A stretch of DNA of 64,000 nt from Treponemataceae bacterium (GCA_963667725.2 CAXXHO010000005.1:192001-256000), one strand, 5' to 3'. Positions 38,865 to 50,022 are shown, numbered from the stretch's first letter. Numbers and translations: made by a program. The notes: generated by a model from the letters alone, not told the origin.

Positions 38865-41297
38865 TCAGTCTTTCACGACGATATTGACGAGCTTATCCTT
38901 AACGACGATGACCTTGGCGATCTGCCTGCCGCCGATCCACTCGATGATCTTGGGCAAAGCCCTGGCGTTCGCCTCGAGGGCGGCCGCGTCGGTGCCCGCC
39001 GCCACCGTAATCCTCTCGCGTATCTTGCCGTTCACCTGGATGACGACCTCTTTCCGCTCGTCGAGGGTGAGGGCTTCGTCGTAGAGCGGCCAAGCCGCGC
39101 GGGCGATGCTGTCCTTGTTGCCCAGGCGCTCCCACATCTCCTCGCCGACGTGGGGGGCGTAGGGCGCGACCATGAGGACGAAGGGTTCCCACAGGGCTCG
39201 CGGCACAGCGTCGAGTTTCGACACGTCGTTGAGGAAGATCATCATCTGCGAAATGGCGGTGTTGAAGTTGAGCGTATCGGTGTCCACCGTCACCTTCTTG
39301 ATGGTCTTGTGGAGAAGCTTTAAAAGGTCTTCCGATGGCGCCGCGTCGATGATCGGCTTCTCCGATGTGGCCCAGGCGCGCTCGAGGAAGCGGCTAACGC
39401 CCACGAGGCCGGCGGTCGACCATGGTTTGGAAACCTGCAGGGGGCCCATGAACATCTCGTAGACGCGCATCGTGTCCGCGCCGAACTCGGCGACGATATC
39501 GTCGGGGTTGACGACGTTGCCGCGGCTCTTGGACATCTTCTGGTTGTCCTCGCCCAGGATCATGCCCTGGTTGATAAGGCGCTGGAAGGGCTCGTCGGTG
39601 CTGACGGCGCCGATATCGTACAGGACCTTGTGCCAGAAGCGGCTGTAAAGGAGGTGGAGCACCGCGTGCTCGGCGCCGCCCACATAGAGGTCGACGGGCA
39701 TCCAGTATTTTTCGATCGTGGGATCGACGAAGGCCTTTCCGTTTTTCGGGTCGAGGAAGCGCAGGTAGTACCAGCAGGAACCGGCCCACTGGGGCATGGT
39801 GTTGGTCTCGCGCTTGGCGGGGCCGCCGCAGCGCGGGCAGGTGGTGTTCACCCATTCGGGAATATTCGCCAGGGGCGATTCGCCGGTGCCGGTGGGCGTG
39901 TAGCTCTTCACTTCGGGCAGGAGGAGAGGCAGGTCCTTTTCGTCGAGGGGCACGATGCCGCACTTCTCGCAGTGGACGACGGGGATGGGTTCGCCCCAGT
40001 AGCGCTGGCGGCTGAAGAGCCAGTCGCGGAGCTTGTAATTGATGGCTTTCTTGCCGATGCCACGTTCCTCGAGCCAGGCGGTTATCCGCCTGATGGCCTC
40101 GGGCGTGGGCAGGCCGGTGAACTGGCCGGAATTGACGGCGAAACCGTCGGCGGCCGTGCATTCGGCGGGCTCGCGATCGAAGGGACCGGTTTCGCCGGCC
40201 GCGGCCACCACCTGTATGATGGGCAGGCCGAAGACCTTGGCGAAGTCCCAGTCGCGCTCGTCATGGGCGGGGACGGCCATGATCGCGCCCGTGCCGTAGG
40301 AGATGAGGACGTAGTCCGAAATCCAGACGGGTATCTTCTCGCCGTTCACGGGGTTGATGGCATAGGCGCCGGTGAAGACGCCGGTCTTTTCCTTGGCCAG
40401 GTCGGTGCGCTCCAGGTCGCTCTTGCGGGCTGCGGCCTCGACGTAAGCGTCGACGGCGGCCTTCTGTCCGGGCGTCGTGATGCGCTCGACGAAGGGATGC
40501 TCGGGCGAGAGGACCATGTAGGTGGCGCCAAAAAGGGTATCCGGGCGCGTCGTGTAAATTTCCAGTTTCTCGTCATGCCCGTCCAGGTCGAAGAGGACGG
40601 AGGCGCCCTCGGAACGGCCGATCCAGTTCCGCTGCTGGATCTTTATCGGCTCGGGCCAGTCGAGGGTGTCGAGGCCCTCGAGGAGGCGGTCCGCGTAGGC
40701 GGTGATCTTGAGCACCCACTGGCGGATCCGCTTGCGCGTCACTTTCGTATGGCAGCGGTCGCACTCCCCGTCCTTGACTTCCTCGTTGGCGAGGCCGGTC
40801 TTGCAGGAGGGGCACCAATTGATGGGCATTTCCGACTCATAGGCGAGACCCTTATTGAAAAGCTGGAGGAATATCCACTGGGTCCACTTGTAGTAGTCGG
40901 GCAGGCAGGTCGAGACTTCGCGGTCCCAATCGTAGGAAAAGCCCAGGGACTTGATCTGGGTCCGGAAGCGCTCGACGTTGGCCATCGTCGTCACTTCGGG
41001 ATGGGTGCCGGTCTGGATGGCGTAGTTTTCGGCGGGCAGGCCGAAGGCGTCGAAGCCCATCGGATGAAGGACATTGAAGCCGTTCATGCGAAGGAAACGG
41101 CAGTATATATCGGTGGCGGTATAGCCTTCGGGGTGACCTACATGAAGGCCGGCGCCCGAGGGATAGGGGAACATGTCGAGAACATAACGGCGCTTTTCCT
41201 TGGGAAACGAGGGATCTTCGGCCGCCGCGAAGGTTTTGTCTTCCTCCCAGCGCTTCTGCCATTTTTTTTCGATGCTCTCAAAAGGATACTTCGCCAT
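38865..41297 (-). CDS. leuS: Leucine--tRNA ligase
   Basis: MFPYPSG, HVGH, TTRPDT editing domain, KMSKS. Confidence 0.98.
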   Translation of the reverse strand: MAKYPFESIEKKWQKRWEEDKTFAAAEDPSFPKEKRRYVLDMFPYPSGAGLHVGHPEGYTATDIYCRFLRMNGFNVLHPMGFDAFGLPAENYAIQTGTHPEVTTMANVERFRTQIKSLGFSYDWDREVSTCLPDYYKWTQWIFLQLFNKGLAYESEMPINWCPSCKTGLANEEVKDGECDRCHTKVTRKRIRQWVLKITAYADRLLEGLDTLDWPEPIKIQQRNWIGRSEGASVLFDLDGHDEKLEIYTTRPDTLFGATYMVLSPEHPFVERITTPGQKAAVDAYVEAAARKSDLERTDLAKEKTGVFTGAYAINPVNGEKIPVWISDYVLISYGTGAIMAVPAHDERDWDFAKVFGLPIIQVVAAAGETGPFDREPAECTAADGFAVNSGQFTGLPTPEAIRRITAWLEERGIGKKAINYKLRDWLFSRQRYWGEPIPVVHCEKCGIVPLDEKDLPLLLPEVKSYTPTGTGESPLANIPEWVNTTCPRCGGPAKRETNTMPQWAGSCWYYLRFLDPKNGKAFVDPTIEKYWMPVDLYVGGAEHAVLHLLYSRFWHKVLYDIGAVSTDEPFQRLINQGMILGEDNQKMSKSRGNVVNPDDIVAEFGADTMRVYEMFMGPLQVSKPWSTAGLVGVSRFLERAWATSEKPIIDAAPSEDLLKLLHKTIKKVTVDTDTLNFNTAISQMMIFLNDVSKLDAVPRALWEPFVLMVAPYAPHVGEEMWERLGNKDSIARAAWPLYDEALTLDERKEVVIQVNGKIRERITVAAGTDAAALEANARALPKIIEWIGGRQIAKVIVVKDKLVNIVVKD

Positions 41298-41507
41298 TTG
41301 CTTCGCTCCGGATTGTCTGGAAAAAGTTTCGCGCGCTACAGCGTGGATATTTCAATGATAGTAGCAGTTTTGCGGGCCAAACGGCAAGCCACCCGCGGTC
41401 GGGCACGATCTTCACGGAAAATAGCTCCATTTCAATAAAAATTGCATTATTCAAATAAACATGCTTGCAATAGCGGAATAGCGGGTTTACACTGAATCAT
41501 ATTTGGA

Positions 41508-41534
41508 ATCGTGTTCCATATTATGGAACACGAT
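41508..41534. promoter_or_regulatory. Perfect 13-1-13 palindrome, probable repressor operator
   Basis: ATCGTGTTCCATA-T-TATGGAACACGAT, 20 nt upstream of the dctP start. Confidence 0.72.
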
Positions 41535-41554
41535 GACGGTAAAATGGAGGTAGT

Positions 41555-42538
41555 ATGAAAAAGCTGGCTCTCGTAATGCTCATGATCGTCGTATCTGTCT
41601 CGGCATTCGCTCAGGACAAAACGGTCGTCCTCAAGCTTGGCCACTATTCCGCTGAAACGCACGCTATGCACCTTGCCTCCGTAATGCTCGCGGAGAATGT
41701 GGCCAAACGCAGCAACGGCACCCTAAAAATCGACATCTTCCCCAACAGCAAGCTGGGAAGCTCGCAGGAGATGGTCGAACAGACCATCCTCGGCGCCATC
41801 GACTTCGTGCTCCCTACGGAACCTGCCCTGGCCAAGTGGTCGCCCAAGGTCAACCTCATCACTGGGCCTTTCGCGTTCAAGAACTACGCATCGGTGGACA
41901 AATTTTTCGCGGGGGAGGATTTCGTCAGCTGGATCAAGCCTGATCTGGACAAGGCCGGTCTCCAGTACATCGCGCGCTGGGAATATGGGTTCCGGACGTA
42001 CACGAACTCCAAGCGGCCGATCTCCAAGCCTGAGGATTTCAGGGGCCTGAAGATCCGCACGCCTCCCGATTTCGTCAATCAGGAAACCGTGAAGGCCTTA
42101 GGCGGAATCGTGCAGACTATCGCCTTCGCCGAGCTGCCCATGGCCCTAAAACAGGGCGTCGTGGACGGCCAGGAAAACCCCATCGCGACCATTTACGCGG
42201 GCAAGATGTGGGAGACGCAGAAGTACCTCTCCATCCTCAACTACACCTATGTCGCCACACACCTCATCATGAACAAAGCATCCTTCAACAAGCTCTCGGC
42301 TAATCAGCAGAAGATCCTCTTCGAGGAAGCCGTGAAAGCCGGGCAATTCATGCAGAAGACCATCAGGGACGGTGAAAAAGCGCAGATCGAGGAAATGGTG
42401 AAAAACGGGATGGAAGTCAACTCGCCCGACACGACGCCCTTCCAGGCAGGGACGACCTCAGTCTGGGACACGCTGAAATCCAAGGTCAGCGACGCGGACT
42501 GGAAAGCCTTCCAAGCTATGCTGGCGAAGTCGAAATAA
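41555..42538 (+). CDS. dctP: TRAP transporter substrate-binding protein
   Basis: Signal peptide; FPNSKLG, GLKIR, QGVVDGQENP. Confidence 0.94.
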   Translation: MKKLALVMLMIVVSVSAFAQDKTVVLKLGHYSAETHAMHLASVMLAENVAKRSNGTLKIDIFPNSKLGSSQEMVEQTILGAIDFVLPTEPALAKWSPKVNLITGPFAFKNYASVDKFFAGEDFVSWIKPDLDKAGLQYIARWEYGFRTYTNSKRPISKPEDFRGLKIRTPPDFVNQETVKALGGIVQTIAFAELPMALKQGVVDGQENPIATIYAGKMWETQKYLSILNYTYVATHLIMNKASFNKLSANQQKILFEEAVKAGQFMQKTIRDGEKAQIEEMVKNGMEVNSPDTTPFQAGTTSVWDTLKSKVSDADWKAFQAMLAKSK

Positions 42539-43827
42539 TGGCAACCGTATCGGTATTCCTCGTCCTTCTCATCTTCATCCTGATCGACCTGCCCATCGTG
42601 GTAGCCATCGGCCTTACGGCGGTGGCTTTCTTCGTTGGTCAGGGGCAGGGTCAGTTCCTCGCCCTCCTGCCCCAGAGGATGCACGCGGGCACAACGGGAT
42701 TCACCCTTCTCGCCGTGCCCTTCTTCATCCTGGCGGGAAATCTCATGAACACAGGGGGCGTCACAAACCGGATTTTTAGGTTCGCGAAGGCCTTTGTCGG
42801 CCATATCCCCGGCGGCCTCGGCCACGTATCCGTGGTCGCCGAAATGCTCTTTTCGGGCATATCGGGCTCGGCCGTGGCCGACGCGGCCGGGCTGGGGCAG
42901 GTTTCGTACAAGGCCATGACGGACAATGGGTACTCGAAGCCCGTGGCGGCCGCCATCGTGGCTTCCTCATCCACCCTCGGCCCCATCATCCCGCCCTCCA
43001 TTTCATTCGTGCTCTACGGCGCCCTCACCTCGGTGTCGGTACCCCGCCTCTTCCTGGCCGGCTTTCTTCCCGGAGCCCTGATGGGCGGGGCAATAATGCT
43101 CGCCATCGGCCTTATGGCGAAGCCCCGCGGCTTCCCCCGCTACCCCAAGGCCAGTCTCAAGGAAATCTGGACTGCCATTAAGGAGTCTTTCCTCTCGCTT
43201 CTGTCCATCGTCATCATACTCGGCGGCATTTTTTCCGGCATTTTCACCCCAACCGAAGCGGCCGTCATCGCCTGCCTCTACGCCCTCTTTCTCGGCTTCC
43301 TCTACAAGGAACTGAAGCTGAAGGACCTGCCGGAGATGTTCTGGGTATCTATCAAGCAGTCCGTGGCCCTCCTCTTCATCATGGCGGCAGCCAACTTCTT
43401 CGGCTGGTTCCTCATCTACCAGCGCATTCCCGACAACATCATCGCGACCCTCACCGGGATGAGCGTCACCGGACCGGGCGTCATGGCTATGTTCATCGTC
43501 GTCATCATCGCCCTGGGGCTGTTTATGGAGGGAAACGCCATATTCCTGATAACGATTCCCATATTCATTCCCATAGCCACGCAGTACGGCTTCGACCTCG
43601 TGAATTTTGGCGTGGTGATGACCCTCCTCATCATGATCGGGAACCTCACCCCGCCCGTGGGCATGTGCCTGTACGCGGTGTCCAGTTTCACCAAGATAGG
43701 AATCGGGGAACTGTCCAAGGAGTGCCTGCCCTATCTCGTGGGCATCTTCATTGTCACCGTCATCATCGCCTATGTGCCCGCGATCTCCACCTGCCTGCCT
43801 GACCTCATCATGGGGGTGGCAAAATGA
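42538..43827 (+). CDS. dctM: TRAP transporter large permease
   Basis: LLAVPFFILAG, GSAVADAAG, IIPPS, TPPVG. Confidence 0.95.
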   Translation: MATVSVFLVLLIFILIDLPIVVAIGLTAVAFFVGQGQGQFLALLPQRMHAGTTGFTLLAVPFFILAGNLMNTGGVTNRIFRFAKAFVGHIPGGLGHVSVVAEMLFSGISGSAVADAAGLGQVSYKAMTDNGYSKPVAAAIVASSSTLGPIIPPSISFVLYGALTSVSVPRLFLAGFLPGALMGGAIMLAIGLMAKPRGFPRYPKASLKEIWTAIKESFLSLLSIVIILGGIFSGIFTPTEAAVIACLYALFLGFLYKELKLKDLPEMFWVSIKQSVALLFIMAAANFFGWFLIYQRIPDNIIATLTGMSVTGPGVMAMFIVVIIALGLFMEGNAIFLITIPIFIPIATQYGFDLVNFGVVMTLLIMIGNLTPPVGMCLYAVSSFTKIGIGELSKECLPYLVGIFIVTVIIAYVPAISTCLPDLIMGVAK

Positions 43828-44333
43828 AGGCAAAGGCGATACTGGAAAGGATCGACAGGATATTTCTCTTCATTTTTAAGTGGATTTCGGTGACGCTCTT
43901 CGTCGTCCTCACCCTCATCATTACGGCCAACGTCTTCGTCCGCTACGTACCCATCATCTCTTTGCACTGGCTGGACGAGATCGTGGAGCTGTCCTTCGCG
44001 TGGATGGTTTTCTTCGGATCGGCCGCGGTCTGGATACTGAAAGGACATTTCAGCGCGGGCGACTGGATCGGCAAGCTGATCAAGAACCCGAGGGCTCGCG
44101 CGGCCTACAGGCTTGTTGTCGACCTCATCGCCTTCGCCTTCATCGCCATATTTTTCTGGTATTCTCTGCAGTTGTTCAACCGCGCCATTGAAGTGACCGC
44201 CGTTTTCGAGTTCCCCAAGAAGATCATCTATGCCTGCATGCCCATCTCGTCGGCAGTCATGGGCTTGTACTCCCTCAGGTTCATCACCGAGGAGTTTGTG
44301 GAGATATTCGCGCCGAAAAAGGATAAGACCTGA
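43824..44333 (+). CDS. dctQ: TRAP transporter small permease
   Basis: Four TM segments, NVFVRY, WLDEI, HF. Confidence 0.9.
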   Translation: MKAKAILERIDRIFLFIFKWISVTLFVVLTLIITANVFVRYVPIISLHWLDEIVELSFAWMVFFGSAAVWILKGHFSAGDWIGKLIKNPRARAAYRLVVDLIAFAFIAIFFWYSLQLFNRAIEVTAVFEFPKKIIYACMPISSAVMGLYSLRFITEEFVEIFAPKKDKT

Positions 44334-44619
44334 GGTTGGAGAACATTGCCCCTGTCAACTTTTCTGCTGGAAGTGTAGCACATCTTTCATCAGGTTTTCA
44401 TCGAGATTGTTGGTATCCATAGCAGCTCTGTAAAATCCATACTACGCCCATTCGCAAAAACCGCCACAGTTACCTGCAGAAACAACCCCGGTTTCTGGAA
44501 CGAATGCCGAGGCCCTACGCATCCCAAAGTCGATACCGAGCGCCGATATGGACAGGATACTAGGAATTTAAGGATCTACGGGACTAAATTATAGTCGCGC
44601 ATCGCGAACTTCCCTGGAC

Positions 44620-46325
44620 CCTAATTTCCCGGAAAATTGTAGCTAGGGATTGAATAAATCTATTAGATATATGCGAATAAGCATTGACAGAATAAGCAAA
44701 CATAGCTACAATTACAGCTATGAATGCAGGATCAGCTTAATGCCCTATCGTATACATCATCTCAATAAGAAAACCGGCGTGACGTATGTCTATGAATCGG
44801 TATCTCGTTGGGACAAAGAAAAACAACAGGCACGCAGTACGCAAGTCTGTATTGGCAAAATTGATCCAACAACCGGAGCATTTATTCCATCAAAGCGCAT
44901 AACGCAGAGTGCTATACAAGATAACGAATCTATCGGTACGGCGACAGCAACTATCGTTGGACCTTCGTTAATTCTCGATGAAATATCCAAGCGGCTGGGA
45001 GTCGCGAGGCTTTTAAAAGCGGCATTCCCTGAATGCTCTGCACAAATTCTTACTATGGTTTATTACCTTGCCTGCCAGGGAGGGCCCTTAAGCCAATGCG
45101 AATCGTGGACCAAAACCCATGAACATCCAGCAACAAAGCCACTTACAAGCCAGAGGATAAGCGAGATTCTTGGATCCATATCGACAGGAGCAAAGCAATC
45201 GTTTTTGTCATCCTGGATGGATAAAATTCTTGAGGATGAATATCTCTGCTACGATATCACGAGCATTTCATCCTACAGTGCGTTCAATGACTACATCCGC
45301 TGGGGACACAACAGAGATAAGGAGAAGCTTCCCCAGCTTAATTTGGCCATGCTCTTCGGTCAGAAGAGCAAACTACCAGTATACTATCACAGGATTCCTG
45401 GCAATATCACTGATGTGCAAACGGTACACAATCTTCTAGCGACCTTTAAGAAACTAGCTATCAAGAATCTGCACTATGTGCTTGATAAAGGGTTCTACAG
45501 CAAGAAGAACGTTGATGAACTTTTAGAGCGAAAAGACCATTTCACTCTTTCGGTTCCTTTGAATAATCTATGGATTCAGAAAGCCATAGACGAGATCTAC
45601 GATACGATTCAGGGGCCTGAACACTACAGGATGATCGACGATGAGGTACTGTATGTTCACTCAATGCTCCATCCCTGGGGAGAAGATCGGCGACGTTGTT
45701 ATCTGCACCTTTACTACAACGCCCAGATGAGAGCTCATGCAATCGATCGGTTTAATAGAGAACTCATAACCTACAAGGAAGAGCTGGAGTCAGGAAAACC
45801 AAAGGCCGAGAACAAAGAACAGTACGAGACCTTTTTTATCATCACGACGACGCCGGTGCGGGGGATGAAGGTTTCGTACAACAACGACGCGGTAAGTCAG
45901 TATATCAAACGTTATGCGGGGTTTCAGGCGATTTTCACGACGCGCTTTAAAGATCCCGATGAGGCACTCCAAGTATATCGTGACAAAGATATCGTGGAGA
46001 AATGTTTCGACGATCTGAAGAATAGCCTGGACATGAAACGCCTTCGTATGCACACGATAGAAACTGTCGACGGCAGGCTCTTTATACAATTCATAGCGCT
46101 CATTTTTACAAGTGCTTTACGAAGAGAAATGCGACAGTCAAAACTCATTGAAAAATATACAGTTCAGGAATTGTTGCTTGAAATGGATCCGCTTACTAAG
46201 ATTCGTTATGCAGGAAAATATGGTCAGATACTTACCGAGATAACAAAGCCACAGCGAGAAATCTTGGAGCTCTTAAACATTGAATTGCCGGTCGTCGCCT
46301 AGCTACAATTTGACGGGAATTCAGG
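44620..46325 (+). mobile_element. IS1634-family insertion sequence, apparently intact
   Basis: 28-bp TIRs (44620-47 and 46298-325, 24/28 match); 6-bp target duplication CTGGAC at 44614-19 and 46326-31. Confidence 0.92.
44740..46302 (+). CDS. IS1634-family transposase
   Basis: YDITS, GHNRD, LDKGFYS, YRDKD.VEKCF..LK. Confidence 0.92.
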   Translation: MPYRIHHLNKKTGVTYVYESVSRWDKEKQQARSTQVCIGKIDPTTGAFIPSKRITQSAIQDNESIGTATATIVGPSLILDEISKRLGVARLLKAAFPECSAQILTMVYYLACQGGPLSQCESWTKTHEHPATKPLTSQRISEILGSISTGAKQSFLSSWMDKILEDEYLCYDITSISSYSAFNDYIRWGHNRDKEKLPQLNLAMLFGQKSKLPVYYHRIPGNITDVQTVHNLLATFKKLAIKNLHYVLDKGFYSKKNVDELLERKDHFTLSVPLNNLWIQKAIDEIYDTIQGPEHYRMIDDEVLYVHSMLHPWGEDRRRCYLHLYYNAQMRAHAIDRFNRELITYKEELESGKPKAENKEQYETFFIITTTPVRGMKVSYNNDAVSQYIKRYAGFQAIFTTRFKDPDEALQVYRDKDIVEKCFDDLKNSLDMKRLRMHTIETVDGRLFIQFIALIFTSALRREMRQSKLIEKYTVQELLLEMDPLTKIRYAGKYGQILTEITKPQREILELLNIELPVVA

Positions 46326-46372
46326 CTGGACACTATCAGATATTTTTCTTGAGTTTCTTAGAAGAAAAAAAC

Positions 46373-46436
46373 TTGACAATACTAAAATGTGGTGGATATA
46401 ATTCAAGTGAACATAAGTTCTGAACATTTGTTCACT
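46373..46436 (+). promoter_or_regulatory. Consensus sigma70 promoter with SorC/DeoR-type operator
   Basis: TTGACA (46373-78)-18 nt-TATAAT (46397-402), then tandem TGAACATAAGTTC/TGAACATTTGTTC inside AGTGAACA...TGTTCACT (46406-36). Confidence 0.8.
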
Positions 46437-46446
46437 AGGAAGTTAG

Positions 46447-47181
46447 ATGGACGGATTACAATTTCGAATTAACCGCCTTTTTAGAAATGGTTCATTATTG
46501 CTCCTCGCTTTCGATCATGGACAGTTTATTGGAGTGCCGGATGGATTAAGAACAATAGATCCAATTCTTGAAAAGCTTTTAAATAAAGCGTTCGACGGGT
46601 ATATCTTTAACCCTGGCGCTGTACGTAATTTAAAGAATATTGAATCTGATAAAAGCATAATTCTTAGAATAACGCATGCAGGCACTCATCTTTCCAATAC
46701 TCCGGTTATGAATAAGTATTTTCTTCAGCCTGAGGATGCGCTTCGGCTTGGTGCTGATGCGGTGATCTCCATGGTGCTATTGGGACATGATAAGGACATG
46801 GAATCGATCAATGAATTGGCGAAGGCTGTGAACGATTACCATCGGTTTGGAATTCCCCTTATAGCAGAAATATTACCGGCTGCGCCTAAGGATTTTTCAT
46901 CTTCAAAAGTCGTCGCTGACATCTGCCGGATAGGTGCTGAAATCGGAGCTGACGTAATAAAAACTGTGCTGACCGATGATTTCGAATCGGTTGTTTCCGG
47001 CTGCCCTGTACCCATCATTGTCGCAGGGGGGAAAAAAGAAAACGACTTTATTTCCAATGCAGCTAATGCAATGAGGAGCGGAGCGAAAGGTCTCGCTATC
47101 GGAAGGAATCTCTATCAGAGAGAAGACCCGGCTTCCTTTATATCTGACATCGCCAAAGCCATGGGAAGGTGCAAACGCTGA
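46447..47181 (+). CDS. DhnA/LsrF-family class I aldolase-like protein
   Basis: AFDHG, ALRLGADAV, GADVIKT, VAGG, GRN. Confidence 0.88.
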   Translation: MDGLQFRINRLFRNGSLLLLAFDHGQFIGVPDGLRTIDPILEKLLNKAFDGYIFNPGAVRNLKNIESDKSIILRITHAGTHLSNTPVMNKYFLQPEDALRLGADAVISMVLLGHDKDMESINELAKAVNDYHRFGIPLIAEILPAAPKDFSSSKVVADICRIGAEIGADVIKTVLTDDFESVVSGCPVPIIVAGGKKENDFISNAANAMRSGAKGLAIGRNLYQREDPASFISDIAKAMGRCKR

Positions 47182-48125
47182 TGAAAAAGGATGAAGTTGT
47201 TCTGTCGTATAGATGTGCCGATTTGTATTATCGGCAGGATATTTCACAATTGGAAATTGCGCATACTTTAGGCATTTCCCGGCCCAAAGTATCAAGGCTC
47301 CTAGCTTTGGCGCGTGAACTAGGCATAGTTACAATTTCATTAAAACCCCCGGAATTATTCAATCAAACAGATCTAGAAAAGCGTTTGGCGGAAAAGTATG
47401 GCTTAAACAATGTTTTGATCGGCATCTCGAAAGATACTAGTGATTCGAGCATACTAAAAGCGATTGGATCAAGACTGGTTGGAGAATTTCCAATTTTTTT
47501 GAAAAAAGATATAAAAATTGGAATTGGGCTAGGTTCCACAATATATGAAACAGCCAGGACGATTCATTCTGATGGGCATATACCTTCCGGGATATCCATC
47601 TACCCCCTCATGGGACTGGCTGGAAGAGCCGATCCGGCTTATCAGATAAACAATATAATAGATCTCTTTGCTGAATCTTTAAGCGCGCAGAGGAATTATT
47701 TTTTCGGGCCCGCAATTTTTGAGGACGCCGCACAAAAAGAAAACTTTTGCAAATCAAAGCAAGTAAAGGAAATCATAGATATATGGGAGGAGCTCGACCT
47801 CGCAGTTTTCGGTATTGGCGGACCAATTGAACGGTCTCCGCTCTTGTACTCCTCGTTTCCTGAAAAGATTCTCGTACAAATGGTTCAAAATCACGCAGTT
47901 GGCGACGTACTTGCACATTTTTTTAATATAGAAGGGAATTTAGCTTGTCCGGAAGCGGAAGCTACCCTTTTGAGCATTTCTTTTTCATCACTAAAAAAAA
48001 TCCCGGAACGCATCTGTCTTGCAGGTGGTCTGTGGAAATTGAACAGCATTAAGACTGCTCTGAAATCAAAACTAGCTACGATTTTAGTTACGGATCTCAT
48101 AACAGCTCAAAGTCTTATTGAGTAA
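47181..48125 (+). CDS. SorC/DeoR (LsrR-like) sugar-binding transcriptional regulator
   Basis: LYY...SQ.EIA..LGISRPKVSRLL, AVGD, LVTD..TA. Confidence 0.92.
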   Translation: MKKDEVVLSYRCADLYYRQDISQLEIAHTLGISRPKVSRLLALARELGIVTISLKPPELFNQTDLEKRLAEKYGLNNVLIGISKDTSDSSILKAIGSRLVGEFPIFLKKDIKIGIGLGSTIYETARTIHSDGHIPSGISIYPLMGLAGRADPAYQINNIIDLFAESLSAQRNYFFGPAIFEDAAQKENFCKSKQVKEIIDIWEELDLAVFGIGGPIERSPLLYSSFPEKILVQMVQNHAVGDVLAHFFNIEGNLACPEAEATLLSISFSSLKKIPERICLAGGLWKLNSIKTALKSKLATILVTDLITAQSLIE

Positions 48126-48145
48126 CAGAAAGTCAGGGAGGAACA

Positions 48146-49138
48146 ATGAAAGCGGTAGTATATGAGGCACCTAAGTCTATTTCGTTCCAGGATGTTCCGG
48201 ATCCAATTGTAAACGCAGACACGATTTTAATAAAAGTATCTTACTCCTTCATCTGTGCTACTGATATTAAAACGTATAAGCAGGGACACCCTCATATAGT
48301 CCCACCAACAATTCTTGGACATGAATTTTCCGGGATCGTTGAGAGTGTAGGAAAAAATGTCGATTCCTATTCGGTGGGCGATTGTGTAACAGGCAGCCCT
48401 TTCATCAATTGCGGTGTATGCGATTCATGCTTTCGAGGAAGGCCTGAAGTATGTTCTGCCAGAAAATTCCCGTCAAACGGCGCTTTTGCTGAAAGAATAG
48501 CCATGTCGAGTGAGTATGCAAAACTTGGACTAGTCAAAGTGCCACCTGCCTTGTTACAGCAATCTGCCTTATCGGAGCCTTTGGCCTGTGTACTGAACTC
48601 TGCGCGATCATTCAACCCTCAGCCTGGTGATTCCATTCTCGTGGTCGGCGCGGGATTTATGGGTGTGCTGAATGCTTTAGTATTAAAGACCATTTTCGGT
48701 GCTCACTCGTATATCACCGATACGAATGCAGAGAGACTGAAGCTTCCTTCAAAGCTTGGGATAGAAATCATTGAGGACATAGAAAAGAGGCCTGAAGCCT
48801 TTAATACTATTGTCCTTACTCCCCCCATACCTGAATTGATTGTTCAATATCAGAAATATGTAGTTCCGTTCGGCAATCTAGTTTTATTCGGAGGGTATGC
48901 TAAAGGAACAAAGGCACTTTTCGATCCGAATATTGTGCATTATACGGGATCAAAGATTGTCGGAACATCAGGGTTTTCCCCGTCAAATTTTAAAACAGCA
49001 GCAAAGCTGATTACGACTGGCGCGATCAATCTGGACGTGTTTATGGATAATATGTATGAGTTTTCCTCTTCGGAATTCCAAAAAGCTTTTGTAGACGCGA
49101 TGGACGGTCGCGCCCTTAAAGCAGGATTTATCCTATGA
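48146..49138 (+). CDS. Zinc-dependent (MDR) polyol/sugar dehydrogenase
   Basis: ICATD, GHE, CGVCDSC..G...VC, EPLAC, GAGFMG. Confidence 0.9.
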   Translation: MKAVVYEAPKSISFQDVPDPIVNADTILIKVSYSFICATDIKTYKQGHPHIVPPTILGHEFSGIVESVGKNVDSYSVGDCVTGSPFINCGVCDSCFRGRPEVCSARKFPSNGAFAERIAMSSEYAKLGLVKVPPALLQQSALSEPLACVLNSARSFNPQPGDSILVVGAGFMGVLNALVLKTIFGAHSYITDTNAERLKLPSKLGIEIIEDIEKRPEAFNTIVLTPPIPELIVQYQKYVVPFGNLVLFGGYAKGTKALFDPNIVHYTGSKIVGTSGFSPSNFKTAAKLITTGAINLDVFMDNMYEFSSSEFQKAFVDAMDGRALKAGFIL

Positions 49139-49228
49139 CAGCCGCTATGGCATCTATGAATTTAACGGCCGTTTGCTGTTGTCAATATCCGGGCAATTTG
49201 CAAACAGTAATAACAAGGAGGAAATGAG

Positions 49229-50017
49229 ATGTCGTATGGAAAAAAAATAAGAATGTCCAGAATCTTCAGAGGCGAAAAGGCTAGAACGGTGATGCTTGCT
49301 CTTGATCATGGAATGGCATTAGGACCTATGCGAGGCATTGAACGCCCACGGGAACTTCTTAATTCTGTTGGTGCTTACGTAGATTCCATAATGTTAAATA
49401 AGGGAATACTGACCAATTGTGGAGATCCCTCTCTTGGCGCAGGAGTAGTCTTGCGTATCAGCGGGGCCTCGACTATCGCAGGACCTGACCTTACAGCGGA
49501 ACGCATTACTACCACCTTGGAAGCGGCGATCCGGCTTGGCGCAGATGCTGTGGCTGCTTCGATATTTGTCGGAACCGCCAACGAGCATGCATCTATAGAA
49601 GCCCTTTCATTGCTGGCAGATGAGTGTGACCGATTCGGCATGCCTCTTCTTGCGGTCACTGCTTTGGGAAAAGACAGAGAAAAGGGATTTGATCCGCGCT
49701 ATTTAGCCTTGGCAGTGCGAGTTGCGGCTGAAATGGGCGCTGATATGATCAAGACATATTTCTGCGAGGATGGATTTGACAAGGTAATTGAAGCTGCGGC
49801 GGGAATACCGGTTGTGATAGCCGGCGGCCCGAAGATGGATAACAACATCAGTGTTCTTGAAACGGCAGAGAAGGCGGTGAAGGCCGGCTGCCGGGGTGTC
49901 GATATGGGGCGAAATGTTTGGCAAAACGAGGATCCCATCGCTATGCTTAAAGCGCTCCGGGCAATAATACATGAGAATTCCTCCGCGCAGGAAGCATTGC
50001 TGCAGTATTGGAATTGA
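49229..50017 (+). CDS. lsrF: LsrF-like thiolase/aldolase
   Basis: LAVTALGK, RY.ALA.RVAAEMGADMIKTYF, VIAGGPK, GVDMGRN closely parallel LsrF motifs. Confidence 0.75.
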   Translation: MSYGKKIRMSRIFRGEKARTVMLALDHGMALGPMRGIERPRELLNSVGAYVDSIMLNKGILTNCGDPSLGAGVVLRISGASTIAGPDLTAERITTTLEAAIRLGADAVAASIFVGTANEHASIEALSLLADECDRFGMPLLAVTALGKDREKGFDPRYLALAVRVAAEMGADMIKTYFCEDGFDKVIEAAAGIPVVIAGGPKMDNNISVLETAEKAVKAGCRGVDMGRNVWQNEDPIAMLKALRAIIHENSSAQEALLQYWN

Positions 50018-50022
50018 GCACG

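Noticed and set aside
41298..41500. T-box leader upstream of leuS
   Set aside because: No T-box consensus or terminator/antiterminator seen.
44334..44613. Possible IS or gene remnant, or att site, at the island left edge
   Set aside because: No recognisable protein motif and no matching repeat near 62500-62750.
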